DNA from: an uncultured Hyphomicrobiales bacterium | GTDB lineage: Bacteria; Bacteroidota; Ignavibacteria; Kapaibacteriales; UBA2268 | DNA: 52,803 nucleotides | Direction: 5' to 3' | Assembly (NCBI GenBank): GCA_964589125.1 | Contig: CAZPSM010000002.1 | Span: 1 to 52,803, forward strand | In this document: piece after piece, positions 51,004-52,803 of the stretch | How the letters are laid out: the number at the start of each line of letters is the position of its first letter | Numbering within the stretch: the first letter of the stretch is position 1 | The notes under the pieces: generated by a model | Told to the model about the DNA's origin: nothing | What the model saw: the letters and a program-made list of their open reading frames with translations, nothing else | Database searches by the model: none | Position numbers and translations under genes: made by a program

Positions 51004-51354
51004 ATGTTTAAGATTAAGCGGATTTATTCGGAGCCGCTTGCCGACGATGGTTTTCGGGTTCTTATCGATAGGCTTTGGCCCAGAGGAATATCGAAGGACA
51101 AAGCCCATATTGATTTATGGCTAAAAGATATTGCACCAAGCGCACCTTTAAGAATTTGGTTCGGGCACAGACACGAGAATTGGGAAGAGTTTGTTGAATT
51201 GTATAGGAAAGAACTCGAAAACAATGAGGAAGGAATTAAATATTTGATGAGATTAGAAGAAGAGAAGGGGGTAGTTACCTTACTTTACGCAGCAAAGGAC
51301 GAGCAGCATAATCACGCTCTCGTCCTTTTAGATTTTCTTAATAATTATAAGTGA
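51004..51354 (+). CDS. DUF488 (YeaO-like) family protein
   Basis: KRIYSEP...DGFRVLIDRLWPRGISKDKA..DLWLKDIAPS..LR.WFGH....W.EF...Y..EL pattern. Confidence 0.8.
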   Translation: MFKIKRIYSEPLADDGFRVLIDRLWPRGISKDKAHIDLWLKDIAPSAPLRIWFGHRHENWEEFVELYRKELENNEEGIKYLMRLEEEKGVVTLLYAAKDEQHNHALVLLDFLNNYK

Positions 51355-51359
51355 ACCGA

Positions 51360-52803
51360 TTACTTTGCTAAAGCAACGCTACGGCGTTCACGGATAACGG
51401 TTACCTTTATTTGACCGGGATATTCCATCTCTTGCTCAATTTTTTTGGCAATTTCGTATGCAAGTTGGTCGGATGTAACGTCGTCAACTCGGTCGGGTTC
51501 GACAATAACTCGGACTTCGCGTCCCGCCTGTATAGCGAAAGTTTTTTGAACCCCCTCGAAACTTTGAGCAAGTGTTTCAAGTTTTTCGAGGCGTTTAATA
51601 TAGTTTTCGAGCGATTCACGGCGTGCACCGGGGCGTGCTCCACTGATGCTATCGGCAGCTTGAACAAGGACAGCATAAGGAGTTTCCATTTCAATATCCT
51701 CGTGGTGGGCACCGATTGCATTTGCTACCGCCGGATTTTCCTTGTACTTTTTGGCAAGTTCGTATCCAATTAGTGCGTGGGGTCCTTCGGTGTTTTGGTC
51801 AACGCATTTACCAACATCGTGGAGTAAACCGGCACGTTTTGCAAGATGTGGGTCTAATCCCAGTTCAGCAGCCATAATGCCACAAAGGTAAGCAACTTCA
51901 ATTGAATGATTCAAAAGATTTTGCCCGTAGCTCGAACGGTACTTCATCTTTCCTATTAAACGAACCAAATCGCGGTGCATATTGTGGATTCCAAGTTCGA
52001 GCACAGCATTTTCGCCAACTTTAACAATTTCTTCTTCGAGTTCGACTCGAACTTTTTCGACCACTTCTTCGATACGTGCAGGGTGAATTCGACCGTCAGC
52101 CATAAGCCGTTCGAGTGCAATTTTAGCAACTTCACGACGGAAGGGGTCGAAACCAGATATTACAACTGCCTCCGGGGTGTCATCGATAATTAAATCAACC
52201 CCAGTAGCAGACTCGAAGGAGCGTATATTTCTACCTTCACGGCCAATGATACGGCCCTTCATTTCGTCGCTTTCGAGTGTAACAACCGAAACTGTGCTCT
52301 CGATACTGTGGTCCGACGCTGTTCGTTGGATTGCTTCGATTATTATGTTGCGTGCTTCCTTTTGAGCGTTGATTTTTGCTTCATCTCGAACTTGTTTGAT
52401 GTATTGGGCTGCTTCGGCTTTGGCTTCGCTAATAAGGCTTTCCATTAAGACTTTTTTGGCTTCATCTTGACTTAGTCCACTAATTTCTTCGAGTTTTCGG
52501 AGTTGCTCGATTCTAATTGCTTCAATCTCTTCGAATTTTTTCTTAATCAATGCTTCTTTTTGCCGTAATTCTTGTTCGGCAAATTCAATGGCTTTTTCCT
52601 TCTTGTCTATAAGGTTCAGTTTAGACTCGATGACTTCTTCGCGCGATTTGATCTGTTTTTCTATCGAGGCGATTTTTGCTTTTCTTTGTTGGTATTCGTT
52701 TTCAAATTCCTGTTTACGACGATGCCATTCCTCTTTGACTTCGAGTAGTTTTTCCTTTTTTAAATTATTTGCTTCTTTTTCGGCTTCTTTAATTATGCTC
52801 GCA
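51360..52803 (-). CDS. rny: ribonuclease Y, N-terminus beyond window edge
   Basis: KH domain ([15 protein letters not shown]) and HD domain ([10 protein letters not shown]...LLHDVGK). The frame stays open upstream of the track's TTG (52550) through a Lys/Glu coiled coil to position 52802, so the gene is 5'-truncated by the window. Confidence 0.9.
   Translation of the reverse strand, partial: ASIIKEAEKEANNLKKEKLLEVKEEWHRRKQEFENEYQQRKAKIASIEKQIKSREEVIESKLNLIDKKEKAIEFAEQELRQKEALIKKKFEEIEAIRIEQLRKLEEISGLSQDEAKKVLMESLISEAKAEAAQYIKQVRDEAKINAQKEARNIIIEAIQRTASDHSIESTVSVVTLESDEMKGRIIGREGRNIRSFESATGVDLIIDDTPEAVVISGFDPFRREVAKIALERLMADGRIHPARIEEVVEKVRVELEEEIVKVGENAVLELGIHNMHRDLVRLIGKMKYRSSYGQNLLNHSIEVAYLCGIMAAELGLDPHLAKRAGLLHDVGKCVDQNTEGPHALIGYELAKKYKENPAVANAIGAHHEDIEMETPYAVLVQAADSISGARPGARRESLENYIKRLEKLETLAQSFEGVQKTFAIQAGREVRVIVEPDRVDDVTSDQLAYEIAKKIEQEMEYPGQIKVTVIRERRSVALAK

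Overview
This window is the core translation and transcription gene block of a bacterium with roughly 40% GC (hand estimate). Its envelope genes suggest a diderm (two-membrane) cell. Gene order, all on the + strand at first: tRNA-Thr (partial), tRNA-Trp, secE, nusG, rplK-rplA-rplJ-rplL, rpoB, rpoC. A 4.4 kb block follows (an EF-G paralogue, a type II DNA methyltransferase and a PD-ExK nuclease). Next come rpsL-rpsG-fusA-tuf and the S10/spc/alpha operons from rpsJ to rplQ, with no rpsD. After these come rlmN, envelope genes (a putative outer-membrane protein, kdsB, a GT9 heptosyltransferase, a YkuD L,D-transpeptidase, an FkpA-like FKBP), cysS, a second type II restriction-modification (R-M) pair, a PAS histidine kinase, rplM-rpsI, rpsB-tsf-pyrH, a DUF488 gene and rny (partial, minus strand). 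I saw no rRNA, CRISPR array or transposase. Main observations: (1) There are two EF-G genes with complementary features. The str-operon copy has lost both canonical domain IV tip loops. The upstream copy resembles mitochondrial EF-G1 and keeps those loops, but its frame is broken exactly at the NKxD motif. (2) An AT-rich R-M cassette sits between rpoC and rpsL. (3) Both nuclease genes are disrupted (TGA at codon 13; +1 nt in an A4G3 run) while both methyltransferases are intact. (4) rplJ carries an in-frame TAA inside an A-rich tract. (5) TCGA is strongly over-represented across the window, except for a 1.08 kb TCGA-free block over the second methyltransferase. Four broken frames in 52.8 kb could reflect either sequence errors or real decay, and I cannot tell which from the sequence alone. 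I found no convincing wholly new multi-gene system. The EF-G pair together with the embedded R-M cassette is the best candidate for follow-up.
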